Positions 26,490-39,800 of a DNA stretch of 64,000 nucleotides are shown piece by piece. Origin of the DNA: a virus; the IMG/VR virus record IMGVR_UViG_3300027749_000055, positions 1 through 64,000 of that record; one strand, written 5' to 3'. The translations under genes and the position numbers were made by a program. The notes under the pieces are model-generated. The model was not told where the DNA came from, did no database searches, and saw only the letters and a program-made list of their open reading frames with translations. Within the stretch, counting starts at the first letter, position 1; the number at the start of each line of letters is the position of its first letter.

Positions 26490-26518
26490 TTGCAATCTTC
26501 ACTCAACCATAGTAGAGT
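26490..26518 (+). promoter_or_regulatory. rightward promoter with CAAC box
   Basis: TTGCAA-N17-TAGAGT with CTCAACC in the spacer. Confidence 0.7.
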
Positions 26519-26557
26519 TCACTACGTCACAACGACACGGACGCAAGGAGGAACCAA

Positions 26558-26905
26558 ATGTCCGAAGTAAAACAAGACACACTTCTCGAAGAAGTAACGC
26601 TTCGTGAGAAGGCTCAGTATGAAGGCAAGACGTTTGGCAGTCTTCGCTTGACCAACATCACTTTCGAAATCTCGCTGAGCGAGAAAAACGATTGGGTCAT
26701 CACCGCAAACGAATACAACGGCGAGGGCAGGTTCTTCGTCAGCGGATTCATCAGCGGTGATTCAGCGAAGTCGGCAATGGACGTGGCGATTGAGGTTATG
26801 GCGAATCCCCTGCTTACCAACGTCTACAACGTCGAGGCGCAGTTGCAAATGGGCTACGACCTATTGAGCGTAATTGCAGTGTCACACGACTCTGCAATCA
26901 TTTAG
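26558..26905 (+). CDS. hypothetical early protein
   Basis: AAGGAGGAACC RBS; own promoter. Confidence 0.75.
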   Translation: MSEVKQDTLLEEVTLREKAQYEGKTFGSLRLTNITFEISLSEKNDWVITANEYNGEGRFFVSGFISGDSAKSAMDVAIEVMANPLLTNVYNVEAQLQMGYDLLSVIAVSHDSAII

Positions 26906-26930
26906 TTTCAACAACAAGGAGAGAAAAACA

Positions 26931-27506
26931 ATGGAAACCACTATTACCGAAATGTCGCTGGAAGACTTCCTTACCAGCGAGGCAACTCCCGAAGGCTTTG
27001 CCTTTGGCGAGGCGTTCACCATCAACAACGACGACGAGGCTCTGTGGGCTATGCGCTCACTGGCTCAGGCTCAGCGTTGTATTGACGAGGTGGAGCGTCA
27101 GGCTCAAATTGAACTTGACCGAATCAACCGTTGGGTCGAAGCGAACGTGGTCGGCAACACGCAGACCGTTGAATACTTTGACCGTATTCTTGGTGACTAC
27201 CTAATGCGAGTTCGTGAGAACGACGCTGACGGGCGCAAGTCGCTGTCCTTCCCCGACGGCACAGTGACGAGCCGTGTGACCCAGCCCAAGGTTGAAGTCA
27301 CCGACCTCGAAGCGTTTTTGACGTGGGCGGAGTCCAACGGTCACGCCGAGTGGGTGCGTGTGAAGCGTGAGGCGAACCTTGCCGAAATCAAGAAGGGCGT
27401 GGACTTTGAAGAGTCCGCTGTCCTCGACCCGATTACGGGCTTACCGATTGACGGGCTTGCGCCTGTCGCTGGCGGTATCAGCACCTCAACCAAGGTGGCT
27501 GAGTAG
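26931..27506 (+). CDS. Mu Gam-like host-nuclease inhibitor
   Basis: FTI..D.EA.WA.R...KSLSFPDGTVTSR; AAGGAG RBS. Confidence 0.75.
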   Translation: METTITEMSLEDFLTSEATPEGFAFGEAFTINNDDEALWAMRSLAQAQRCIDEVERQAQIELDRINRWVEANVVGNTQTVEYFDRILGDYLMRVRENDADGRKSLSFPDGTVTSRVTQPKVEVTDLEAFLTWAESNGHAEWVRVKREANLAEIKKGVDFEESAVLDPITGLPIDGLAPVAGGISTSTKVAE

Positions 27507-27618
27507 CCCACGGTCGTCACGGTGGGTAGGGAAATCACTACCCAATCAGGGTTGCAGTTGTGCTACCCCTACCTACCGTGTCGTTAGCCGTAGTGTGGAC
27601 TACAACGCTACGCAAAGC

Positions 27619-27659
27619 AGAAATCCCCACCAGCCCTTATTTGGTTAGGTGGGGATTTC
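27619..27659. terminator. terminator between convergent units
   Basis: GAAATCCCCACC...GGTGGGGATTTC inverted repeat. Confidence 0.6.
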
Positions 27660-27710
27660 GCCGTTCTAAGACGGCCACTGTGCTTGCCTATCGCAAAGCC
27701 TGTGGCGATA

Positions 27711-27989
27711 CTACTGCTTGTTTAGTGAAGCGGGCTTGGTAGCACCAAGAAGACGGCTGAGGGCGGGAACCTTCGCTTCGAGGTAGTGAGAGACGGTGCT
27801 GTAGACCGTGCCAACTACGGGTGCAACGATTCCAAACGCCTGTGCAGGCGAGAGGCTGAAGCCAGCCTTCGCAGCAAGCGATACAAGAACGCCGACCAAC
27901 GTGGGAACAACGTAACGAATGACTGTGGCTTGAATAGCCTTAGGGTCAATCTTGATTGGGGTGGATTGTGGGGTAGGTTGGGTAGTCAC
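27711..27989 (-). CDS. holin-like protein
   Basis: 2 TM; IRYVVPTLVG...LEAKVP.LSRLLG resembles actinophage holins. Confidence 0.65.
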   Translation of the reverse strand: MTTQPTPQSTPIKIDPKAIQATVIRYVVPTLVGVLVSLAAKAGFSLSPAQAFGIVAPVVGTVYSTVSHYLEAKVPALSRLLGATKPASLNKQ

Positions 27990-28314
27990 CTTTGTATTCC
28001 TTCTTTAGAGCCGATTCTAGGTCAAAATCACTTTCGGCTTCGGCTCTATGCCAACCGAGGTGACGCTCTACCTTATCCTCAATCGAGTCGAAGCGTAAGT
28101 CCATACGCTCAACCTTGATATCAACTTTTTCGAGGCTTGTCTGCAGAGTTCCAAAACGATTGTCGAGTTGCAGCAAACGGTCTTGAACGATGGCGTGGTC
28201 GGAACTGTTTTCTTTGCGACCACGATGAGAGTTTTTCCAAGCGGCGATAGACGAAACCGTTGCCGGAATAGCGGTGATTACCGCTGCAATTACAAATGGT
28301 TGCGCTGTCGCCAT
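27946..28314 (-). CDS. membrane protein, N-terminal TM plus coiled coil (lysis cassette)
   Basis: Hydrophobic N-terminus, heptads, next to holin. Confidence 0.6.
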   Translation of the reverse strand: MATAQPFVIAAVITAIPATVSSIAAWKNSHRGRKENSSDHAIVQDRLLQLDNRFGTLQTSLEKVDIKVERMDLRFDSIEDKVERHLGWHRAEAESDFDLESALKKEYKGDYPTYPTIHPNQD

Positions 28315-28351
28315 AGCAAAATCCTACATTCAAGTTTTGGAAATAAAGTTT

Positions 28352-29191
28352 CTAGGAGTGAACGCCCAAGTCGGTAATCATCAACCGCTGGGGGGAACTT
28401 GCGCTCATTGTGACCGTCGTGGCTGCGTTGGCAACCCTGAAGGCAACACCCCAAAACCCCTTGTTATTTGGGTGTCGAGCCGTCCAAGCACCAACGTTGG
28501 TGTAGTGCGTGGGGTTGTTATCCCACCACGTCGTTGATGCGCTGACCGTGTAGGTCTGCCCTGCAGTGGTCGGGCTTTGGAAAACTTGGTGCGGAACCTG
28601 CGTGGTCGAAGACGTGGCGGAAAGACCGTCGGGGGTGACTACGCCAACCGAAACACTGCTTGCCGTGCCACCTACGGTGAAAGAGATGAGCAACTCCGCT
28701 TTGTAAATCCGATTTGGAAGAACGTTGTGCGTCACCAGAAATGGCGTAGGGGCTGTCGAGGACGTTACGGGGTCTAACTGCTTCCACCAGAAAGGGCTTG
28801 TCCAACCAGAAAGAACCGTGGTGCTAGTGAAATCTCCGTGGCTGACCGTGGTTGCCGAGGAACGCTTGAATCCCACAACGTCACTTGGAATGTCGGATTG
28901 GGCGGAGGTCATAGAGCCAAGAACCCACAAGTCTTCGCCACTCATAGTTATCCATACCGTGTCGCCCAGAACCGGCGTGTAGGTGTCGGCAAAGCGAATT
29001 CCGTGAACAACCTGTGAGTCACCGCCGATAGTGACGCTAACAACGGGATAACCGTGGCTTTGATTAGCAAAGTTGTAGGACGGGTCGTATCCAATTACTC
29101 GCCCAAGGCGCAGATTGTCCTGCGGGGGCAAACGAAACTGCCCATTGTTCACAATTGAATTGGAAAGTGACTTGAAGTCGAAGTTTGCCAT
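28352..29191 (-). CDS. minor tail protein
   Basis: YTPVLGDTVWI...LWVLG OB-like N-terminus; position in tail module. Confidence 0.65.
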   Translation of the reverse strand: MANFDFKSLSNSIVNNGQFRLPPQDNLRLGRVIGYDPSYNFANQSHGYPVVSVTIGGDSQVVHGIRFADTYTPVLGDTVWITMSGEDLWVLGSMTSAQSDIPSDVVGFKRSSATTVSHGDFTSTTVLSGWTSPFWWKQLDPVTSSTAPTPFLVTHNVLPNRIYKAELLISFTVGGTASSVSVGVVTPDGLSATSSTTQVPHQVFQSPTTAGQTYTVSASTTWWDNNPTHYTNVGAWTARHPNNKGFWGVAFRVANAATTVTMSASSPQRLMITDLGVHS

Positions 29192-30825
29192 TAGTTGTAA
29201 ACCGCCCACGGGTCGGGAAGGGTGTATTCACCGATACGAATAGCCTCCTGCTTGGTTCCCACTCGACGCTCACGGGCAACAATTTCCATTGGTTTGTCGA
29301 GGTCTAGTGGAATCGTAACGGAGTCCACCATATAGTTTGTTCCACCGTCACCGCCCGTGTTGGGGTCAATGAAGTCGGTGTAACGGCGGAAGTTTGTGAG
29401 CAACGTCACAGGGTTGATGTGTAAAACCGTGTCGCCCTTATTGGCGTTTGCCGACACGACAACATTTTGCGTGGCAAACGAGTTGATGAGTTGAAGGGTC
29501 GTGCCTGCGCCAATTGGTTTTGCCAGCGGTTGCACACGGATTTCACCAATCGGGCTTGCGTCGTATTGGCGAAACAAATCCTGTCCTAGCGAGGCAACAC
29601 TATTACGTTTATTGAAGATTCCAAGACGCTGACGGCGAACTCGAACCACGTCGCCTACGTCCAAAGCGGGATTTACCACGCCTTCGATAGTTACGGCTTC
29701 GTCACCGCCCGTATACCAATTGAGGTAGGTCTTCGCCGCCAAGTCCACCTCGGCTTGGGTTGTAAGTTTCTTACGGCCTGGTTCCATTGCGGAGACAATG
29801 CCAAAATCGCCACCGTAGTAGGTCGGGGAGGACGGGTCATTGTTGATAGCAATCGAGCGCAGCGGTAATTGCGTCATTGAACTTTCGCCCGTCGCCCACA
29901 CATAGTTCACAGCCTTCGAATCGTCCAACTTGCGGGTGGCGGAAATTAACAGACCGCCTTCGCCGTCCAAAAACTCCCACGTCGGCTGAACCGAGTTGGG
30001 GTCTACGATTTCCAAAAGTGTGAACGCACCTTCTGGGTCTACAAAGATTTCAGCACCCATAGACGCAGCGATACCGGAAATATCAGTCCACGGAGAGGTT
30101 GAACTCATTGAGGTCGGGTTGGTTGAACCGAAAACAATGGGTTTGAGTAGTTTCTTGTCCGCTACTGCGCTGAAATGAAAAACCGGCTGACCAATATGGC
30201 TTTTCTTAGGCCACCTATCTCGAACAAGCAGTTCGATTGCTTCCTTGAAATACGAAGCGATAAGCGTCTGAACGTTGAGAAGAATGGCAGACACTTGCGT
30301 CATAACAATTGGCGGAGTGTAATGAGTTGTCCATACGGTAGTCGTGCCCGTCCAATGGTTTTTGGCAATGTTTGACGTAATATCCGAGCCGCTTACCTGC
30401 AGTTCCAAGGTTCCGTCACCCTTTTCGTCAATGGTGACGGAGTTGATTCGGAAAACACCCACGGGGACGAGTTCATATGCAAGATTGGCGGGTCGTAGCA
30501 TTTCTTCGGAGAGCGGAACGTTGGCAGACCATAATTTCGGGTCAATCTCAGGACGGTTCCAAATCACGCCTCGATAAGCAAAAATGTGGTTGGCGTAAAT
30601 GTTGAGCGGGTCGGCATTGTGAAGCGGAACCAGAGTTTCGTCATTGGTAGTGAAATTTATGGTGCGCCGAGCGTCCTGAGAGGTTCGGTCAATCTTGACC
30701 GAGCCACCCGTAATTGGAATGTTCGTCATTGTTCCATCTATCGACAAAACTTTGATGACGACAAAGGGAACGTGCGGCCCTTTGATTGTGTCCGTCATTC
30801 GCTGCGTCATTTTTGCGTAGGGCAT
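29191..30825 (-). CDS. minor tail / hub protein
   Basis: GGSVKIDR...RRT, VPVGVFRI, VNPALDVGDVV typical of actinophage minor tail proteins. Confidence 0.75.
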   Translation of the reverse strand: MPYAKMTQRMTDTIKGPHVPFVVIKVLSIDGTMTNIPITGGSVKIDRTSQDARRTINFTTNDETLVPLHNADPLNIYANHIFAYRGVIWNRPEIDPKLWSANVPLSEEMLRPANLAYELVPVGVFRINSVTIDEKGDGTLELQVSGSDITSNIAKNHWTGTTTVWTTHYTPPIVMTQVSAILLNVQTLIASYFKEAIELLVRDRWPKKSHIGQPVFHFSAVADKKLLKPIVFGSTNPTSMSSTSPWTDISGIAASMGAEIFVDPEGAFTLLEIVDPNSVQPTWEFLDGEGGLLISATRKLDDSKAVNYVWATGESSMTQLPLRSIAINNDPSSPTYYGGDFGIVSAMEPGRKKLTTQAEVDLAAKTYLNWYTGGDEAVTIEGVVNPALDVGDVVRVRRQRLGIFNKRNSVASLGQDLFRQYDASPIGEIRVQPLAKPIGAGTTLQLINSFATQNVVVSANANKGDTVLHINPVTLLTNFRRYTDFIDPNTGGDGGTNYMVDSVTIPLDLDKPMEIVARERRVGTKQEAIRIGEYTLPDPWAVYN

Positions 30826-30833
30826 ATCTATTC

Positions 30834-33800
30834 CTAATTTACATAAGTGTAAGTAGGCGGCGCAGACTCCACGAACGGAATGGTTATTTCTCGATAAGGG
30901 TTCACGGCGGCGTGGTGAACAATTTGAATGTCCTGATTGACGAAGATGTAGCGACGCTCGTTCTCGACGGGGTTGAGCAAGATAAAGATTTCACCACGCT
31001 TCAAGAACGCCAAGAACGCTTCCCACGTTGTCGGGTCTGTCCACATAACCTTCAGCGAGCCGTCTCGACCCGTCACCACCCCAGGCACGGTCAGCGGATA
31101 CGGAGAGCCAAGCGGGTAGAAGGTTCCCGCAGGGTGACGCTGGCTTTCGTCCATACCGTCCAAAACGTTGATAGCAAAGCGGATTGAATCGTCCGAGGTG
31201 CTGGCAATCCACCACGAATTGTTGGAAATCGTGTTTGCTTGCAGAGAGGCAGAACGAATACCGACCACGCCTTTTCCGGCAGGTGTCGTGTAGGTCGGGG
31301 TTATGCGGTAAATTGTGGTTTGGTTTGGAATTGCCTCATAGTCAATGAGAGATGTGAACCCGCTGCTATTTACTTGCAATTGACTACCACCACGAAGGGA
31401 CGACCACGTTTGCCCTTGGTCTTCGCTGCGCTCAACCAAAACCTTGTAGGAAGTGTGGGTATTAGCAGTGTTCACCCAAGCGGCGGTGTTCCAATTGAAG
31501 ACCGCAACCTGAGTTCCACTGTTTTGATTTTGACGAACCTGACCCGAAATACCGGCAGTCGCAGCATAAATCTGTGCGCCCTTCTTGTGGCTGAACCACA
31601 GGGGCGAAGCAAGCGTCACGGTTGCCGAACCGTTCCACGTCGAAGAAATGTTTACATATTCGACCTGAGACGAGCCAAAATCCACCGTCAGGGCAGAGTT
31701 GGCGGCAAGTCCTTCAACGGAATTCAAAATAATTGAGGTGTCGCCCACGTTTGCTGCGGAGGTCAGCGACGACCAAAGGGCGGAGTTTCCACTGCCGTAG
31801 TGGATTTCACGGGTTCCAGCGTCGTTGGCGGGGTCAATGACGTAAATCGAGGCTTCACCCAACGTCGGAGTGCTACTAGGAATGGTCAAAGCATTGTTAT
31901 TGGGCTGGTTGATAGCCCCTGTGACCACTGAGGACTGTAGGGTCGCCAGAGACGTGTTGAGGGGGCTGTAATCGCTTGTGGGGGCTGGGGCTTGCATAGC
32001 CTTGAACATCACCGCAGAGAGCGAATAGGCGTCCGTGTTGAGAACGTTTACCCATTGGAAGCGAGGACAAGCGTAAGAGGCGGAAACGGTGATATTTCCA
32101 ACAGTCGGCGGAACGGTTCCAGTGGTAAAACGAACTGCCATTGTGGTTGCGCCCTGAGCCGTGGTGGTCGTGGTAATAACGTTAAACGTGCCATTAAAGG
32201 TCAGCGGGGTTCCGGCTGAGATTGAGTGTGCCAGACCAATTGAGAAGTTGAGTTGTGCCGTTGAAGACGTTACGCCCGAAGTCGTGGCGGCGTAGGCAAG
32301 AACGTAATTTTGCGGGGCGGTGGCGACCATAAACGCAGGACACCAACCCTGACCCCACACGTTTTTTGTGTCGGTCAAAACCGTCGCTGCGTCTTGAACA
32401 GGGTTCAACTTGGTTCCCGCAGTGAAATTGTTGTGAACGTAAATATTTATGTTTGTCAAAGAAGCGGTGGCATTGGCGGACATAGTGATTGTCGTGCCAG
32501 AAATCGAGGAAACCGTTGTGCCAGAGGGAATTCCAATTCCCGAAATCACCTGATTCACGGCGACGTTTGTAATGGGCGACACGTTGCTCAGTTGGTTGCT
32601 ACCAGAGGTGATGTTTCCGGTAACAAGGGGCTTTGTCAGGCTTCGAGTGCCATTTGAAGTTGCAATTAAGTTGCCATAGGAGTCATACCAATCCACATAG
32701 GGCGTAAACAACGGATAATCCGGCGTGGAAATACCAGCCGTGCTGGGCACACGGGTTCCCTCAATCATCTTCGAGAAGCCACCAAAACCGTAGGTGTTAC
32801 CGGCATAAACCGGAACCGAGTTCGTAGCCGTCCAACCGTTCCACGACGCAGGGGCTAATGAAATCTCTGCGGTGAGCGGTGAAGCGTAGGTTCCTGATAG
32901 CGAAGGGTCAATCGTGGCGGTGTTCTGTCCAAAAATTGGCGGGTTGGTAATAACAATTGGGCAGTAAGCGTCGTAGTTGAAGTTGGAGTAGAAGGGCGTA
33001 ACGGGAATACTCGTTGAACCGGCAGGAATTTTTTTAGCGGCGGGTGAGTAAAGAATTACATCAACCGTGCCAGAGAGCGTGAACGAGCCGGTAGAACCGT
33101 TGTAGCCCGTAGCGGCTTGCTGGCAAGAGTTACTCAGCGTCACCGTAAACGAGCCACCGCTCGACGCAGTATTAGAAACAACGTATGCGCCCGCAGGCAT
33201 ACCAACGCCTGAAATAATCCAACTTTGATAGGCGTTTGAGGCAACGCTGGTTGTAATCGTCGTCGTCGTTCCGTTGGCGGTTGCCTTGTTCGAAAGCGTG
33301 ATTGAGTTGTTGATGTTGTTGATGTAGGTAATGGTGGTGCTTGACGGAATACCCGTTCCCGAAACGTTCATTCCAATCGTCAAACCACCAAGCAGGCTGG
33401 CGGAAATATTAGAAACAGTGGTCGAACCATTCGTGGTATTTCCGGTGAACGACGAGGTTCCAAGCGGAATCGAGAGTGTCGTGTAGGGGTCGGACGGAAT
33501 TACCGCATTTTTATAGGTGGCGTAATACTGCGTCAGACCAACATAGAACGTCTGATAGGTCTTGTTGGAAACTTGTTTTTGCGGGGTAAACCACTGCCCC
33601 TGAGCCGTTGAACCACCAACAACTTTGTTCGTGGTGAACTGCAACTTGTCGTTCTTTCTAACGGTCTGACCCGCCCACTGACCTTGATTCAGAGACTTAT
33701 CAAAAATGACCTTCTTGCGAGAAGCGTGACGGGGTGCGGGAACGTAGTGAACCATATTGCCGACAGGAATTGCCGACATTTTTGTCCCAGGAATCGTATA

Positions 33801-36800
33801 CATTGGGCACGAAGTCGTGGGAACAACGGGAATGTTCCACGTTGAAACACCGCCCGCAAACTGCCCGCCGGAAAAATTTGAAGCAACTGTAAAAATGGCT
33901 GCGACAGTTCGGCTTGTGTCTTGTGTTCCGTCCGCCTTGAAGGGGTGTCCAAAAACTTTGAAAATGTCGCCCTTGCGCCAACCGTCATCGTAGAGACGAG
34001 TGGCATTGGGGGTAGCACTGTTCAAGGGTGATACTGAAATATTTGTGTTTGTAACCGTCACCTTTAGGTGAGTAATAACTTTGACCTTGCCGGTGTGCTG
34101 GTCGGTTCCGCAAGCGTGGTCTTGTGACAAGTATCCAATTCGAACATCGGCTCCACCGGACGTAGTAGCACCCACAACGCTAATGATTTTTGCAGGTTCG
34201 GCTGATTGCGCCGAGGTCGGGGCGGTTTGCGTTGCCTTGGGCTGTATGAAAGTAACCGCTTGGCTGCTTCCGGCAGAGTTGAAGGTGTAATAACTCTTAG
34301 CCGCCGGAACCGTCCACGTCGAGTATTGAATTTGACAGTCGAGGCTTTGACCACTGCCAACGGGCAGGCTGTCGTTTGGGTCGTCAATGAGGACGTAATT
34401 CTTGTGCTGGTCGTTGCCTTCAACAATATTGTAAGAGTTAGTGACTGACTTGGAGTAAGTTCCGCCCGTTGCCGGTTCAACAATTTTCCAAACCGCCGTG
34501 CCGAGAACGGTGGTGTCGTAAGTAAATGACAAAATTCCATTACTGCCGGTGTAAATGGGTTGTTGCAGACCATAAACAATTTGCGACCATTTGGAGTGCG
34601 TCAGACCCGTGCCGCCCGTGCCCGTTGAGTAGTTGTAGTTGCGGAGAATAATTTTGAACGTGTCCGCCTTAGTTTTGGAACCGTCCGAGAGGTTTTTCAC
34701 TAAGATTTGCTCGGCGTTGGTTCCGTCGGCATTTTGGACAGTTACCCAAAATGGCGGGCTGGTCGGGCTGGTTGAGCCAATCGGAAATCCCGTTGCTTTG
34801 ACGGTTGCACCATTGAGGCTCGACACGGAGAACGTGCCGGTTCCGGTGGTGGTAGAAAGCGCACCCACCGTAGAGACGTATCCAGAAGCACCTACGGGAA
34901 TTGAACTAATCAACTGACCTTTGGTGAACGAACTGCTTGAGTTGGTGGCGGTCTTGCCAAAATAAAGCGACGTTCCGGCGGTGTCGTTAGTTCCCTTGTG
35001 CCAACCACCCACGCTGGAACCAAAGTCGGCGTTGTTGTCGCCCAAAAGGTTGTCCGACACTTGAATCGCCAAGTGATTGACTGCGTTGGTGTTGTCTGTG
35101 AAAGCGGTCACAAGCGGTTGCTGTGGCTGAGTTACGAGCGTGGCAAAATACGCCGAGTTCCAATCACTCCACCACGCCTTCTGGTGGAAATCTTTGGAGA
35201 CACGAACAAAAACCCAATAAAACTCGCCGCTAATGAACCGCTTTGTTCCGGTAAAACCGTCTGAAGTCAAGAAAACCGACGAAGCGTCGTTGTTGGCGGA
35301 CTTTTTCCAAATTGGCGTTGAAGAGTTGGGGTCGAAAGCGGAGTTCTGATAAGTGAAATCGTCAAAGACTCGAACGTCCCAGCCGGTCTGTGGGTCGTTT
35401 TCAACGTCGGAGTAAGTCCACCCAATGTAGGGGTTGGTACTGTCGGATATTTCCAAAATATCCGAAGGCGAGAGGTAAATACCGGCAACTGACGGGCCGC
35501 CTCGGAACGTAATCTGCATTGCGATTGCTCGGAGAGCAACGCTGGTGGACTGAGGAACAACAACCCGTGCGTTGAGCAAAACGTTTTGCAAAGAACTTGC
35601 CGACCATTCGTTACCGTTGGGGTCGGTCGGGCGAACATTACCGACGTTCACCGTGTAACTAGCGGGCGAGTTGTTCGAGAAACTGTCGGCAGTTCCCACC
35701 GCACCCGTCACGGGGTCTACAAGGGTGAAAATTTCTTTGTCTTTGTAGGACGAAGAAACTGCGCCAAGGACTGAGTAGACATTTTGAACGTTGTGGACAC
35801 GGGCATAACTCCACCCGTTGCCGTCAAAGATGTAGAAACTGTCCAAATCGGGGCGGTAGGTAACGTCGCCAATGGCGGGATTTGTGGGGAACTCATACCA
35901 TTCGAGGGTTGCGCCTGCGCTGTGGTTGTAAACCGTCGGGAAGGCAATTGGAAGGGCAAACGGCGGGGTTCCGGCGGTGATGTTCGAGGTGGAATACGGC
36001 AGAGCCGTGGGGTAGACGGTTTCTTGCACTGCGCCAGAATCCAAAACCAAGGGGTAGAGGTATTGAATTTGCGCCGTGTTGTCGTAGGGGTAGTTCGGGT
36101 TGAACGGCTTTACGGAGAATGATGTAGACGTTTCAGGCGTGTAAGCGGTGACGGTCAATGTTTGGGTCGTGGTTCCATCACCGGAAGTAAGCAAAACAAC
36201 GTCATTTTGATTGAGCGGAATGTTCAACCCGACGGTGATAATGGTGTTGTAGTTGGTAATTACACCATTTGAGCCAATTACCGCAGGGAAATTGTGCGGA
36301 GGCTTAAAATATTGAATTGGAATTGTGGTTGAACCAGCGGGGGTGTCCTGCGCCACCGTAACAACTGCCGAGGCGGTTCCGTAAACGAGGTAAAGGTTCA
36401 AGCCATTTGTCAAAGCAATCGGCGTAGGTGTTGTCGTCAATGACGTAATGGGGTTTCCAATAACCACATTGACCGTGGGGTAAAAGTAGGGGACGGATAT
36501 TGAAGTAATGGTGCTGGATACGTCCATAACCGCCGTCGAAACGGGCGACAAATCGGGGTAGGTATTTGTTGTGGGCGAAGTCAGTGTAAAAACGTATGAC
36601 GAAGTATTGTTCAAAATCGAGGAACACGTCAGCGTGTCTCCGTTGATAACGATTTGGAAGTTTGACGTTCCCGACAGGGCGATTGGTTGCTGAAAGCCAG
36701 AGGTGACGTTGATTGAAATTTGCGTTGAGCCGACGGGGGTGTTCCCAACCACCCGACCCAAAGAGCCAATGGATAGTCCGATGGGGGTCTTTGTGGTGTC

Positions 36801-39800
36801 GTCATTTTGATTGTAAACCGAGGAATAAGCAGTGGGGAAGTCGTTTGCGTCGTCAATGGTGATAGAGCCGGAGCCAACGGTTGCCGAGTAAGTCAGCGTG
36901 GTGTTGATGTTGGGCTGACCGCTTACGCCAGACTGATACCAAGGCTGAGTGAAATTCATAGACGCATTTGTGGTGAGTGTCGTTTGACCACTTGGGTTTG
37001 AGGCGACAAGTGCGCCAGCGGTTAATACGCCGTTGTTGGCAACGGTTCCATTGTCTGCTCCACTGAGAACGGGGGCATTCTTGCCGTGGTTGTTGGCAAA
37101 ACTGCCAATAACGTTTGGAATGGTAACAGTTTCACCCGCACTGTGATTGTATTGAAACGACTGCCCTTCGGCAAGCGACCAAATTACCGCCCCAGCGTTG
37201 GCTTGTGTAATGTCGCTACCGTCGATTGTTGAATACGAGCCACTAATTACAACGGCTTCTTGCGTTTCGCCGTCGCCAACAATGACGACGTTGTTGGCGT
37301 TGCCGTAGGTCAAGTTTATGAAATTGGTAATGGGTGCAACGGGGCTTCCCGAACGTGCAGGCTTGTAAGAACTGCCCGAAGTCAGTCCGCCGTTTACAAT
37401 TAACGCTTGCGAGGACTGAGAAACAATGTCGGAAAAAAGAGTTCCGCTAACGTATGAGCCGAGGAAGGCGGGGGCGACTGTTTCAATGTCTCCCGTCGTG
37501 CTACTGCCAAAATAACGATTGCCGGAAAGCCAACTGCCGACGGCGGTTCCCGCAACGTGCTTCTTGGCGATGGCGTCCACATACACACAACCAGAACCCG
37601 TATTTTGATATCCGGTGTTCGTAATCATTGAGCCGTCGGAATAACCAGCGGAGTTGTATGCAAAAAACGAATTTTTGGCGTAGTCGCCGTTGGTGTAGGG
37701 GGTGGTAGCCAAGGTGTAAGCGGGGCTTCCCGTGTTAGCGACAAAATACGGTTGAGCAACGTTTACAACGCCGCCACTGACGTAAACGTCCGTCTCCGTG
37801 CTACTGACGGTAAAGGTGTTTGAGGTTGTTCCCGTGATATTTACACCGACCAAGTTCAACGTCGTTGGGATAATGCCGGAAATGGTGACGGTCTGAAGCG
37901 TTGCAAGATTGTGCGTTGCGGAGGTCGTGTAAGTAACGGCAGAACCCGTGGTCGAAACTCCAATAATTGTCCACGACTGCGATTTTGTTGTGACCGTGTA
38001 TAGAGCGTTGCGGAAGAGGTAGGTAGAGTTAATGTTTATATTTGCGGTGGAATCAACAAAGAACGTTGAGGTTCCGGTCTGTAATGACGTTGATTGAACC
38101 AACGTCGCCGCAGGAGTTTTTGCAAAGTTGGTCAAAGACAACGTGACTTTGCCATAGGGTGCAGTAACAGAACCAACGTCCTGTGCCCGCCACGGGAAGG
38201 TTCGGAACTGACCATAAAAAGATGATTCGCCAATCTGCGAGCCGTCCAGAGTGCAAAAAGGATAAACCAACGAAGGCGTGAAGGTCGAAGACGAAACAAG
38301 CAACCAATTGCCGGAAACCGTGGTGCTTCCGCCGTTGGTGTCTATGGTTGAACTGCCGTCGGCAATATTGACAGCCACATTGGAAGAAAGCGTCCCCGTG
38401 AAGGCGTTGGAGATAGTGAAATAACTTGTGTCCGCCAAATATGCCGATACAGAGCCGCCCGTTGAAAGGTGTGAACTACCGTCGGTGGCGAGGCTCCACG
38501 TTCCCGTCAGCGTTCCACCAGACGGGTTGGTTGCACGGGTAATGGTGAACTGCGTAGAGGTGGCAGAAACAACCTTTTCGCCGGTGGCCACGTTGAAGTT
38601 GGTGGTTCCCGTGACCGTGATGTAGTCGCCCGCTTGCAGGTTGTTGCCTGCGGTATAAGTCCAAGTGTATAGGCCTCCACCAGCCGCCGAAGAAGAAACG
38701 GTAGTGATAGAACCGTAGGCGGTTTTGGAAATGTTGAATGACGTGGACGAGGGAACGCTTGAAATCGTGTAAGTGCCGTTGATGTAATTTCCACCCGACA
38801 ACGTAACTTGTTGCCCAACAACAAAGGGGTGCGCCGACGAGGTGGCAACCAAGCACCACGCTTCGTTGTAAGGGGAAGAATTAGTTACGATTGACGTAAC
38901 TGCATATGAAGGTAAGGAGACACCCGCACTGCCAACGCTGGGGATTCCGGTAACGGTGGTGCTGGTGGGGATTCCACTGCCCGTAATCGTTGTACCAATG
39001 CTCGGTGAGTATGAACCGCTAGTCAAAGACATTGGGTTCTGAGTAGAAACCGTCGAACCCGTAATCAACTTGTTTTGTAACGAAGAAGGGGTGGTAATCG
39101 AAAAGGCTTGGCCAGGGCTGGCGTAGGTATATGAACCTTGTGCGCCCGTGTTGATGTAAATTGCGTTGTTGGCAGCGTCCACGCCTACAACCGTGGACGC
39201 TGCAAGGTATCCGCCAATTACCCCAAACGCCATTCCGACTTGGATACCCACTGTGCTATTTACAATCAAACGGGTAACGGCATTTATCATAATTCCAACC
39301 GCCCCAACGCTGGTGGTGGTGCTAGTGCTGGAAAATGTAAGAGTGGTGGAACTATTGACGGTTACAACGGTGTAAAAACCCGTGTATGCCGAAATGTTCG
39401 CAAACGAAATCAAGTCGCCAACCGAACGTCCGTGGGCGGTTCCCGTTACCAAAACGGCATAATAGTTAGTAGGTGAACCAGCGGCTGTAATCGAGGTTAC
39501 GGTGTGTAAGGTAGAGGCATACGAGGCTGTGATATATCCGGTAATGGTCGGGTTTTGAAATTGCGTTGTAAACGTTGCACCAGAAATGGGTGCGGAAATC
39601 GCTTGACCAATTAAGGTTCCACCAGCGTTGGTGGGGTCGTAGAGATTATCTCCGCTAAGAACCGACGGGCTGGGAATTGGGGTGTTGATGTATCCCGTGT
39701 TGTCGAGGTAGTCAAAGAGGATAAAACTCTTTGGGCTTCCAATGGTTGCACCGGCAATTTCGTGATATTGAGCGGTTGCGCTGATACTTGCACCCGACAT

